This document shows, one piece after another, positions 50,691 to 63,105 of a DNA stretch of 64,000 nucleotides. The stretch is taken from assembly GCA_977030845.1 (NCBI GenBank), contig OZ365110.1:21948001-22012000 (forward strand), written 5' to 3'. Positions within the stretch are counted from its first letter, which is position 1; each line of letters starts with the position of its first letter. The notes beneath the pieces were generated by a model. That model did not search any database. It was not told where the DNA came from and saw only the letters and a list, made by a program, of their open reading frames with translations. Made by a program: the position numbers and the translations under genes. The stretch is from Fimbriosthenelais zetlandica (Eukaryota).

Positions 50691-51698
50691 TAATATAGTC
50701 ACTATATTAGAAGTAGAAAACTTCTAGCCCATGCAAGGGAGTTCACTGATAAACTCTATAATATTATTATGTCCCAGAGAGTTTCTCTTACTACAAGTCT
50801 TAACTGCATTTTTCTTGTCTGGCCATTCCAGGTTGTGAAAATCGATCACAACATCTTCCAGTAATACTACGTTGAACGGAACCTCTTACATGGGATCGAA
50901 TCTCAACCTTCACCCTCCTCCTCCCCATAACTACATGCCTCAGGCTTAAGCAATTTAGTCGCTGAAATAAAAGTGATCTACATCCCAACTGACATCCTCC
51001 TATAGCCAGCTCTCATCAATGAGAAAACACCATTATATATAGTAGTAGGTCTGCTTCCGTTTGGTGTCCTATGAGCTAAAGCTCAGACTATATTTCTACT
51101 ACAGAAGAAGGTAACGCTAGTCCTACATGGGACCACTGTAGGAGTCTAGAGCGTTCTAGAGAGCAACTTTCTGGTTGAGAGGCTTGCAGATTTGGTTTAT
51201 GGTTTGCTTTCATCTTGTATATTAGTCTTAATGTCTGTTTTGGAGGCCTAGATTTACCGATTAGGTGTGGACGAGAGGATGTGAGTGGGGCACATAGTGC
51301 TATGTGCGAATGTCGCAATGTGAGAAGTTTGCAGGCAATATATTCGGCCCTTTGCATAACCAACTGTCGTTCATTGAGTTTGCTTAGGCGACAGAAGATT
51401 GTGCAGTGGGCCGAGTTGCTTCAACTTAGGGATCATTCCAGAGCCATACACTAAGCATTATTCAAATATGATCACTTTATCTTTAGCAGTAGATACTGAG
51501 TTAGGCCAAACAAACCAGGTCAAATGGACACATTATTAACGTGTTTGCCATTAATCTCTTTGTATTGACAATTTCACGCAATTTTAAGCCACTAATTCCC
51601 TGGAAGATTTTTCAAGTTGTCCCTAATGGAAATATAATGTGATTTTAAGAATCGGGGGAAAAATTGCAATGGTTGTAATTATGCAATTAACACCAGGG

Positions 51699-51711
51699 AG
51701 GTCAAAGGTGG
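51699..51711 (+). promoter_or_regulatory. DR1-like nuclear receptor element
   Basis: AGGTCA-A-AGGTGG matches the DR1 consensus AGGTCAAAGGTCA (RXR/HNF4/COUP class) at 11/13 positions. Motif only. Confidence 0.25.
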
Positions 51712-52269
51712 GTACCTGGCCACGACCTTCATTAAGGTTCGAATCATTGGGGAATTTGGAAAACTGATGGGCCCCAAGGAAATAATTTTTAAAAACTTCT
51801 CAGAGAAAGATGGACGATAATTTCAATTAGTATTCTCATTCTTCCGCACCTAAATTTCGAGCAATGAAATCGGTGAAAAAGCTTATTTTATCAAAATGAA
51901 CAACCAGTAATATCTCGCAAAAATAAGTGCTTAATCGTGATCCACTTATAGATTGAGTCCTAATTTCTTTCTTTTGAATTTTCTATATTGGATCTCTGGA
52001 TAGTATTTTCAATACCGAATGTAAGTTGTGTCTGGGACATTTTGTTTTCCTCCCTATTCATGAGAAGAGCTATTACCACCAGGGTCCTCAGTGACTATAT
52101 TGATAAGTGGTGTGTAAACAACATACAGATTGTAACCCTATCTTTGGCAGTCTGCCTCAAACAGGACATTTTTTCATCTGAGATATGGACCAGAGATGAA
52201 TCGGAGACAAAAAGTAGGCCTGTCAATGTCTCTTAGGCATTCATTAATTCTCATCATTTTTATTGACAG

Positions 52270-52454
52270 TCACTATGGGTCTGCAGCTTTATGACGGGTC
52301 GGCTTTTGATATGGCTGCTGCCTCCAATGAATCTGAGCAATTTGGGCCAATGAATCAAGTTTTACCCTTGGGGATGTCAGAGGGAGTGGAAATAAAACCA
52401 AAATCGTTGTTTTCACATGGAACAGACGTTGAGAATAACAATCTGTCACTCTGA
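52270..52454 (+). other. Weak candidate terminal coding exon
   Basis: Acceptor-like ttctcatcatttttattgacag| at 52269 is followed by an open frame (TMGLQLYDGSAFDMAAASNESEQFGPMNQVLPLGMSEGVEIKPKSLFSHGTDVENNNLSL*) with protein-like composition. No recognisable homology. Confidence 0.15.
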
Positions 52455-54534
52455 AAAGAAGGCAAATCACAGGGATCCATTGCGTCCACGGCATTACAAG
52501 TTTAAACGTGTGTTGAATTATTCATGTTGAGCACAACATCCCCTGTTCCAGTGAACGTGAACTGATAACTGCCACATTTTGGCATCTATAGCTGCCACAT
52601 TAATTTTTTGAATTGTCCTCAAATGTATACAGTTTTCCCAAAGAAAGGCCACGCCCCAATCGCACAATTAAACAACTGTTATCCATAATTTGCACTGATG
52701 ATGACATATTTTGCATAGTCGGTTGTGCAATGGCCAATCCTTTGGCCATCTCTGTTTGCTAAAGCACAAGAAAATGTAGATCTATAAGTTATATCGTACA
52801 TTATAATGTGTATCCCTATTTCTTATAATTATATTTATATCTACTTGAATTGACTTGGAGTCCTGACTATTCTTATTGACCTGCTGTATAAAGATACTCC
52901 AGTAAGTGATGAAGCTGACCGTCAATGTAACACACATGTAGGCAGAACTGGTCTCCAAGGTGCATAAACTTCACCCAAGTAAGACCCAGGGTCAGTGAAG
53001 GGCAGCCGGGATCCGAGGGGATATGGCCGGCTCTCCCTCCAATGTCAGAGATGATCAATGACCACTAAACGGGCCTAGGGAAGGAAGTAGGTTCCTTCCC
53101 TTAGAGGTCTGACCTATGTTTCATTGGAACTATGGACCCTTAACCTGAAAGTCATCTTTAATTAAAATTTGGGGAATCTGCCGGCTTGTATAGAAACAAT
53201 GATAAGAGGTATCCCATGCCTAAAGGGACAAACCATTTTACTGCGATACCTGCATGGGTATTTGAATGAGTATTGCCAATTTTAAGGTTCTCACAAGTTC
53301 TTTACACCAAATTTTAATACCATCCTTTAAAATTTGAGCAGTTAAAAGAACCATGAAACCGCAGTGAATAAGTGCAATAATTATACTGAATAGGAAGTCA
53401 ATCTTGGACAATAGACTGAATTTTTAGTATTTAAACCAATAATACCATCATTGTCCTGAGTTTCATCAGTATCCAAGCTTGGGATCAAATCAGTCTCTCT
53501 CACTCATTCCCAACCCTCATCCCCGGTGAACACACCACCACCCCTGGGACCATCCATTGGTCGGTGGTGGAAGGAGGCCCTCACCTAGACCCATCAACCA
53601 TCTCTAACCTACAATTCCTACTGGCGCGGGTCAAGGCCCTACACGTTCATAGAACTCACCTTAAACTATTGATTACCTGCCTCTTTTAACCCTAGCACCA
53701 TGCATGAAGTGAACATAGATCAATTCACAATAACAGACCAAATAGATGTACGACCAATATAGGGGCCTAAATATTGATTCGTACCCAACTTCAGATTCTT
53801 CTGTAATAAGATTATTTTTATTTCTATGCATATCAGTGCTTGATGCCCATTCTCACTTTTTTACAAGTTAAAGCTTATAGGACATGGTAATTAGTACATT
53901 TAGCACACACTCGACACATAGAAAAAAGCTTTGGTTTTGGGTTCGTAGAAAAAGGCACCCAAGCTGCTCAAGTATTCTCTGCACTAACCCCAACTTTCAT
54001 AGTAAATGGCAGCCTTCTTATCCCTCCTTCATTTGGCTTGGGGTTTTCCTGTGCCTATAAGTTCCAGCATCAGAGAGGAGGTTGTAAATTGGCCCTGACA
54101 TGGCTGTTTTTGACAGAAGCAAGTACAGCCTTGGCTGCTGGCATGATGGGGAGCAGGTGGGAGGAGGGAAGAATCCAGCTTGCTTCTCTCTCTTCTACAT
54201 TGATTGATGGATTATATCTGGACTGCCTGACAGGACCCTTAAACCAAGCAGAGGAAGTCTTAGTGGGAGGACTGTCAATGGCCAGGACTAATGTATCATT
54301 GGCCCTGCTGCCATCCGGTATTCCTGCGATATCTCCCCCTCCTCTCTCCACTTTTGCTTTCTCTTTTTGATGCTTTGTATGTGACTTTTATTTGGCTTTG
54401 CGATGGAAGACCCACAGAAATAGGCTTCTTGGCGGTCGCCCAGAAACGAAGAGGGGGACTTGACTTTGATAAGGCGAGACATTCACGTATTGCCGGGTGC
54501 ATGTTGGAGACTTGCTTGGTTTGGTACATGGGGA

Positions 54535-54650
54535 GTGGATGAGTGGGCAGGTGGATGCATCAGCCATGGGTGGATTATTGGGTGGTCAAGGGTGAGAATG
54601 TATAATGATGGATGGAGGGATGGATGGATGGATGGAGGGATGGATAGTTC
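54535..54650. repeat. Degenerate (GGAT)n tract
   Basis: ggatggagggatggatggatggatggagggatggatag, with looser copies upstream. Confidence 0.75.
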
Positions 54651-57600
54651 AAGTAAATAATACTGAAAGAATAGAGTGACGTAGCGATGTGCCTATAATT
54701 TCTATATAGTGACGTCATAAAAGAAAGTATGTTGTATTGAAACGGGGGTTAGGGGAATATAGCTCAGCTGCAATGGCTTAGTGGACTATATTGAATATCA
54801 ATAATTTTATACAAAGGATATATACAGGTACAGATAGAGAAGATGATGTAGAAAAACTTGTTTTGATGCTGCCTTGAAAAGGAAAGATTGAGGACAGAGA
54901 TAGTGAGAGATTGATTGAGCTTGAAAACATGTGCAAACGTTTTTTTAACTTTTAAGAGATAAAGAAAACAGAATTCTATTAGAATTCAACAATATCTTAG
55001 TGTTGCGCCCCTTGCCCTATAGCCTTCCATCATCCACATGAGATGTTACATGAGATAAGGCCATAGACATGCCTACATCCACCTCCCCCCGCCATACCAC
55101 TATAAAGACTCTCAGATAGTGAAGCTGACACAGTTTCCACATTAACCTTTTTCACCACCTCATATATACACATATAGAACCCACTACCGTGCAATCACAC
55201 GACAGATAATATATTCATGCATATATTGCCTCGAGTAATATCCTTTCCACTGAATGATCACCTTTTCCTATAGACCTATATAAGCCTAATTCCCCATGAG
55301 CACAATAAATGGTTGGCATTGCTGTCTGCCCCCACAGGGTCTTTCAGTTGCAAATAGCATTTTTTCTGAGCTCATATTGTAATGCCCTGCTTTCACATGA
55401 CGCCTTTGTATTATTCACATATCCATTACGGGCATGGATTCACTTTTTGCCCATATTAACAAGCAGATGTGAGTGAACTAACTCTTTTCTGTGGAGACAC
55501 AGTCTGCGCGGACTCTTCTATATGCAGGCGATATGTGAGAGACAGGTCTTTATCGCGCCTGGCGAATCACATCAATAGCTGTGTAATGGATGTTTACATT
55601 TACATGTCTGCCAGCGACTGTCGCCCAGGGCAACGATTTACTTAGGTCCGAGACTTTATAGGTCTACACTGTAAATACCTATCATTAATCATTCACACTC
55701 CTAAATGCCAGGTTAATGGATTGAAAATGTTGAAACATAGGAATAATGTTATGGACTCCGTTCTTCTGACATTGTGAAAAGGTTTTGTCTCATGCGAAGT
55801 TCTTGCAAATGTGAAGCTTTAGGCCTATTTCCCATCGAGAAATTCAGTCTCAATTGCAGGTACTTTTTTACTTCTGTTTGTTTCTATGATTGAAACATTT
55901 ACAGAGATTGAGAACGACCCTTATACTATTGGTTTCTTGCCCAGCTTCCATTTTTCAAGACCTTTGACCCATTTCTGTCTGGTTTAAACATCTAAATATC
56001 ATGCTATGTTTGTCGGTCATTTCCATCAAGACTCGACCCGTTACAAACCCCAATTTTGTCCCTTTATATCAGCAGTAACTAACACTCTTTGGAAAACACT
56101 GTCCTTAAATGTCCGTGTAATCCTTAGATATTTCTAACCTAATTCCCCCAATCCATTACTGTAAGAAAACATTGTAGGAATGTCCTCATCTAGCCTTGTA
56201 GATCTATTATCCATCACCACCCTCGCATCATTGTGAAGGCGCATCTCTGAGAGGAACGCTTCACGAGCGGAATAATACAGCGAGCGGGCAGGAACTTGTG
56301 CCGCGGGAGAAAGTAGTACATGGAAATGCGGGAGCGTCTCAGGCTCGGCATCTTACACACAAATGAATGGAGTATTTACCCTGGCCCAGTATCCCAACAT
56401 TTACCCTGCATAATAGGCACCCCGACCTGCATGGCTGAGAGGCCTATTGCCTCCGTGTGCTCTCATATCTAACACAGTGAAATTTTGATGATATCAGGTT
56501 ACTGTGTGGCCCTATAGTGAAGGCTGATGGACTGCATTGAGTATGACAAAGTTCCTGGCGCTCTCTCCATGCAGCTTTGCCAACAACATTAATGTTAGTT
56601 TGAACTTTAAAATAAAACTTTCCAATCATAGGAAGGTACTTTAAATGCATTCCACTTACAATCACAATACAATGTATATGAAAGGCTTGTTCATGCCAGA
56701 ACACCTAAAAGTTTCCTGTGCCTGACATTTTAAAATATGTTTGAGGCCAACTCTATTTATGTTAGGAAAGGCAGGCATGATGCATTGGGGGCAAAATTTC
56801 TTCGATTTGTTTAAGAGGCCCTCTTGCCTGCCCGCCTTCGTGGACTCAGAGGAGGGCTACCGATCAGATATCATTGCCTTCTGATTTGTGCAAGTGCAGC
56901 TTGCCTATGACACCATTGAGTGGACCTTCCCCCACTCCATATAGGTGGCTGACATCTTCAGCCCCCCCCCCCCCCTCCCTTCCCTCCTGCAATACCATGA
57001 ACTGCAAGTGCATCAATTGCTGCCAGATTATGAAAACTTATGACACGGGGGCATGATTTTGAAAGGGTTGGGGCAGCAAGAAAATGGGGTACATCCTAAT
57101 TGTAGCCTCGGAAATGTACTGAGTAACAGAAATCCTCTACGAAAGGGTGTCCCCCACTGGATCCGTCTTTATACCCACACACCATTGTTCTGTCCCTAAT
57201 CCGCACAGTTCCATCATGAGGACATCTTCCTTCATTTACTAAGGGTGTGACCCAATAGAGACCAGTTAGTATAGTCTTTAGTTGATCCCTCGCCTTCTTC
57301 CAGCCTATCACTGCACACGACTATTAGGCCCTCTGTGAACAGAGACATGTATCCCATAGGGAGCTTTTCCCCTCTGATGAAGACCTCTCCCATCCTTCTC
57401 TCCCCTCACTAAGCCCCCTTTTAGACCTTTCCTAAGCTGCCCTTAAATCCACCTCCCTACTAAATGATGCTTATTTACGGAAGGAAAATGGGATCTCTCG
57501 CTGCTGAAGACCCTAGTTTGCAGAGGGATTTCCTTCGGGATGGGAAAGGGAACCCTTTAATTTTTTGTACCTAGACTGTTGCATTGTTGTGCTCTCCGCT

Positions 57601-60600
57601 GCATGGGGTTCATTGTACTTCACAGGTGAGGGTGGGCGGAGGATGCACGGGGATGAGTACAGTCTTAGACGTACGTTCTTATAGATTACTCGAACAAAGG
57701 GAATTCTTAGTGAAAGAATCCAGTGCACTCAACTTTGTCATCTCGGTGCATTGTGCATTGCTTTTTCTGTCCACTGGAGACTCCTAATTGCGAAAATAGT
57801 CCGTTGGGAGAGTTCTATGACAAATGTAAATTTCACATGAATTATTCTTAAAATGTTTATGATATATGTTTAGCACTTCATATTGCTCTGAATCAAAATG
57901 TACATTTGCCGAGTCCCAAACCACAGATCAGTGTATAATGCGTTCATGCATGCTAACCAAGCAGTAAAGGCCCCTTGTCATTGTGATGCACACTCACATG
58001 AATGCAGAAATTTCTATCAATTTTTCAGATGAAACGAATTGCCTTTATCCATCGGTTTGCTTCTAACAAATCAATCGCCCTATTGAATCCAATATCTCCT
58101 TATGTTGCAAGACCGGCTACAATTTCCTGTGTGTTTCTTCTTATTCAAATCGTACAAATTGCTTCATTAATGCAAATCGTTGAAACGGAAGGATAAAGGT
58201 TTTGATTCTGCCTAAATATGAATTAAGACTCTTTTTTGAAAGTTATTATCACAATGAAGTACGAAGCATTAACATGGCTGGCTTCTCCACGGCGTAATGA
58301 ATTAATGACATAACCTGATCCCGGGTGCATTTAAACTCATCCAGAACTAATAGCATTCAAGGCTCAACAAATCAGAAGATGAAATATTGCTGCCTGACCT
58401 AGATTCCCAGGAAGTGGGTTAGGCTGTCAAAAGAACTACCCAGGGTTCCATGTCCCGGAAATGGGAGAAGCATCTGAGTGTTTACCCAAGAGCGGTCAGT
58501 GTGCCTGCGCAATATCAAAGGATTTGTCTTTTCTCAAATAGGGTTCAAGCCATGGACAAAGGGAAACAGAGAGTGCAGTGAGGGTTTCTTGATTAGAAAA
58601 GAAAATGGGGAGGTGGAAAGGGAAATGTGTTTGTGAAGTACTTTGAAGAGCATGTGAAAGCATGCATGCAGAGGATATGTATCCCAGATGAGGGAGATAT
58701 GTTGTGGGAAGAAACAACAAAACCAACATAGTTAATAGGGTTTCTAATATAGAATGTTTATGCATACACTTCTTTGTTGGGGGTGGTGACTACAAACACC
58801 AACTCCCTGCATGATAACGTATAACGTTAATTCCAAGTCCAATTGTGAAAAGCATGTATTTTTTATCAGAAGACATTTACGACACACGCAGTTGCACAGA
58901 TTAATTCGATTAGAATAATTATATTAGTGGCTAACTGCAATATCTTTCTTTAATTCCTTCTGTAGCAATGAATAATGAGTGCTATTCCCAAAGTGTATTC
59001 ACATGAATGTCCATGAAATTGAAATATTGCAATTGCTGCCCTGACCCTTCATGTCCATGCAGGTGATTTTAAAATTGCTCCAGGGCAGAATGCTTTAGTA
59101 CCATGTTGATCTTGGCAGGTACAGGTCTGTTAACGATCACAGTCTTGCAAAATATGCAACCCTTATCATAAATCAGCGCAATAGACCAGCCGAAGAAAGT
59201 ACCTTTCTCCTTCCCTAATAAGCTTCATACATTATTCACAGCTCAACTACCCTCAAAAGGAGATGTCGCCTAACCTCTTTAACAGAAACCATTTTGTAAA
59301 TTTGTCGTGACAAGGCAGTACCAGCCAAACACAGATATAATTGATCAAAGGCATTAGGTTACTTTACAATGTGTTTGCACTCATTTGATAGGTCTATTAA
59401 TTTTCTCAAGTGATGATCTAGGTGACCCCCTTGAGATGGTTTGATAGTGTCTTGTAGCTAACTGTTAATCGATGGGTTTGCCTTGAGTCGCAGAATCCCA
59501 TTTCTCAGCTAATCAGGATAACATTTGGTTGAATATCTGAGTGTAAATCCAATGATACGTGGCTTAGTTGGAGGATGCCACTAGATTGGCTTTTGTATGG
59601 GGATGCTAAATCAGTCTAGTCCAATTTGAGAGAATGTGGGTTCTTCATTTCCAATGGGGGTTTCAGAAATAGCTTCGAGTCTCGCTATTGTACAAATCCA
59701 AATATCCGAAATCTACCCTATTTCAGCCTAGTTTCGCTGGATTACATATACTCCAAATATGAGAAGATAATATTATTAGCTTGGTCCAAGGCAGATGATA
59801 TTTCTCTCTGGGTCACCTTAAAATCATCCAGTATTGTAGAACAGAATGTTGGATGTGTATTTTGGTGACGAAAGCTCATTTAGGAAAAGTAATAACTGCT
59901 GCAGGGATATCATTTTCTATGCCATTGCGTCGCTGCGGTTTTCACAGCATAAGAGCTGAGAGGTGGTGAAATCGGCAAATTACCTTATTCTGATGTTCTG
60001 GCACGGGTTGGCCTATCCCATTACGTTTCTCTGCAACCCTAGAACGTATCAGCATTCTTTTCCTGTTCAGGGGGAAGGGCTTATGTATGGAGAGGGCAAG
60101 GAGAGCCTATTCATCCCTCACTAATGGCTTCTTCTAAGGGCTTATTGTGTGTGTTTGGTGGCAGGAAGGCCTGGCATTCCTTCCTGGTAAGTGAATTGGG
60201 AGGAACATATTTCTTGCCTCCTAATTGGCACCAAGAGCGATATGAAATTGGATGAATCGGTGTAACCTTTGTCTGACCTCTGCAGGTTGTGGCCTCGGCG
60301 TGGCAAATGTGCATTTATTGAGGGAGAGAATTATGACTTCACTTTAAGTTTTTACATGAAAAGGTTAGAGGAAGTATTAAGAGGATTAATGGCCATAAAT
60401 TATTGTATTGAAAGACGGTATAAGGTCACTTGTTGAATGGGTTTATATAATGTCTGTATTTACCTCCAACTAAGGATAAGGAAGTTGGTGGCATCTCATT
60501 ATTTTTCAAGTGACCTGTTTTAGACCTGCGATTTGACTGTTGAAGATCGATCATGAAAATGTCCCTGTATGATCAACCAAGCAATTATCCATGTTAGTAA

Positions 60601-63049
60601 ACTGTATGGATAGATTTTACCTTAACAAATAAGGCTATACCTACATATTTGTGTATATGGTAAGTGAATAGCCCTAAATAGGAAGCAACACCCACTTTGA
60701 TGGGCTTTCATCTCCACTGGCCTCTAAACCTGTCGCCTCCGTTACCACTGACCTTTGGGTTGTTGGGTTCACCCATTTAATCAGTGGAACAGATTTACAG
60801 CGGTCCGTGCCTATCAACTGACGAATTACAGTCCGAGTGTAAAGGCTTTGAAGAGACAGGATAGTGAGCATTGCACCCAGTGGTAGGATCTCTAGGCTCG
60901 ACTCTCTTCAAAGATAACCTCTATAGCTTCCCTCTCTGGTGCCATAATCCAGCTCCAGTATCAAGGGTCCATTGTAAGAAACAATACCTTTGTCAGTGGC
61001 TAATGTTTATGGCTCTCATTCTGCCGTTTGCACTGAACTCATAGGGGGATATTAACAAGGCCCTATCGTCCTCTGCTTTCTGACATAAAAGGCAGTTCAC
61101 AAGTTTACAGAGATACACATTTAACAATGTGCCTTTTTGCGCATTTTTTTTCACCAGGAATTGTGGTGATATTTGTGTGCTGGAAAACGCTGGTCTTTTC
61201 GCAGGTTATAAATATGAGTGATGTATGGGGTAGGAAAGCACTTTGGTTATGGTCATAGAAAATCCTGGGGGGTTAGAGCAGCCTAGGCTTTTAGGGAGAT
61301 TTGATTCATCATACTACATACACAAGGGTCAGGGAAGATATATAGGTTCAGGTTAAGCCTAGACTCTCAACGAATTTATCAAAATAAATCAGATTATTAT
61401 CAGGATAATTGCATATACCGCTTGGTAGTTGCCTAGCAACAAAAGGATATAACCCCAATTCAAACCTGCTCTACAACCCATAAACGGGCCGGGTATTGAA
61501 TAATACATGCATGTGCTGACATGCCATTCAACAATATTATTTATAATCGTTGCCCCATGAGTATTTGACACAAGCCCTTGCAGATGTATATCACTATCAT
61601 GCTGAAATGAAGACATTTATTCAAGGGATATACTATTGTTATTTTTCTGTAGTTCACTCTTATTGCTGGTTTTTTCAGATGTTTTTCTGTCTTTTGTGCT
61701 CTGTATTGACTACATTTTAACATAGAGTTCTGTGTTGAATTCTATTCTTTGTCTATGATTTTAGCTATTCACACTGCATGACTTCAATTGTCATTCAATT
61801 TTAGTCAGGGCCTTAGAAAGGTCAGTTTTATCTTATTGTTGCCTTAATGAATTAATTGTTTATGCTAAATGTAATAATACTGGGGAAGGTCAACAATGTT
61901 AATGACCTTTTTGGGAGCTCACATTTTAAAGACCTTCCAGATCATGTCTTTCATTCTTAAATGTTATGAAGTAACGGTAAGGATGTTGTCGCCCTCCTGT
62001 ATTTTGATGCAAGTCTCTAGCCTCTACAGTTCGTCTTTAATTGGAATGCCATCACAGAGTCTTGCCCCGTGTCAGCAGCCATCGGCATCTAGTCTGTGCC
62101 CATCCTGGCAAATACTTAATTGTCATTCCGGAAGCTGCCTTAGAGTAATCTGCATGGGAAACTTTGTCGATTTCCATGGCTTCGTTAGCATTTTGCTTGG
62201 CAACCCGGACCCGTGGTGCTCGATACTAATTCAATAGCTTTTGTCTTCACCCTCAATATTCGCAACAGGCTCAATTAGTGAATGGAAAGACTATAGATGT
62301 GAATGGATGGTACTTCTCGGCTTTGCTGTAAGGGAAATGAAAACGAAGAAGACCTTTAGATGTGCGAGGAGACGTCAAAGGAATAGAACAATTTTTATAT
62401 TCACAGTATTGAACTACAGTACTTTAATTGTCAAGCCTTTGAAGCTTGTAGCTCCTATAGTGAAGACCACTCTAAGATAAGGAATACTAGTATCGGTCTA
62501 ATTTTCAATGATCAGAACTTCAAACTCCAGATTTATATCTAATGAAGGGACTAATATAGAGCTGCTAATTTAATGCGGCGTTCTTTTTTTAAACCGTCCT
62601 CTGGACTGCTGGACTGTCTCTTCGTGAATTAGGCAACTTTGATCAGTTGTTCTGTGTATAGTGAGAGTGTAGTATAAGGCAGGCAATAGGAGTGTATATA
62701 TTTCTTCTGCACGGAATATAAAGACAAGTATCTAGTTTGAATACGCGATAATGTAGTATTACATAGACAGCCTGGAGTTGACTGGAGGACACCCAGGAGG
62801 TTGGAGCTGGCAGCTCTGTAATAGTGTAAACAGGAGGAGGGGTTTCATCAGGCCACCTCCTGGTCAGCCCTGATAAGACTAACCAGAGGCTGACCAGCGT
62901 CCAGATGGTCATTCCTCACTATTATTGATCAGTCCCATCAGTATAGATCAGATATATATAAACACATGCCAGATCCTAGCTGGTCAGAGACAGAGAGCTC
63001 AGAGATACATTAAATCACCCCAAGAAAGAAGCCAGCCTCTTCTGACTCT

Positions 63050-63105
63050 CCCCCCCCCCCCCCCCCCCCCCCACACACACACACTCTCTCTCTCTAAAAA
63101 AAAAA
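63050..63105. repeat. Compound microsatellite C23-(AC)n-(CT)n-A10
   Basis: Read directly from the sequence. Confidence 0.95.

Noticed and set aside
62860-62897. 10-bp inverted repeat ctggtcagcc/ggctgaccag as a possible pre-miRNA
   Set aside because: The stem is too short and does not extend into the flanks.
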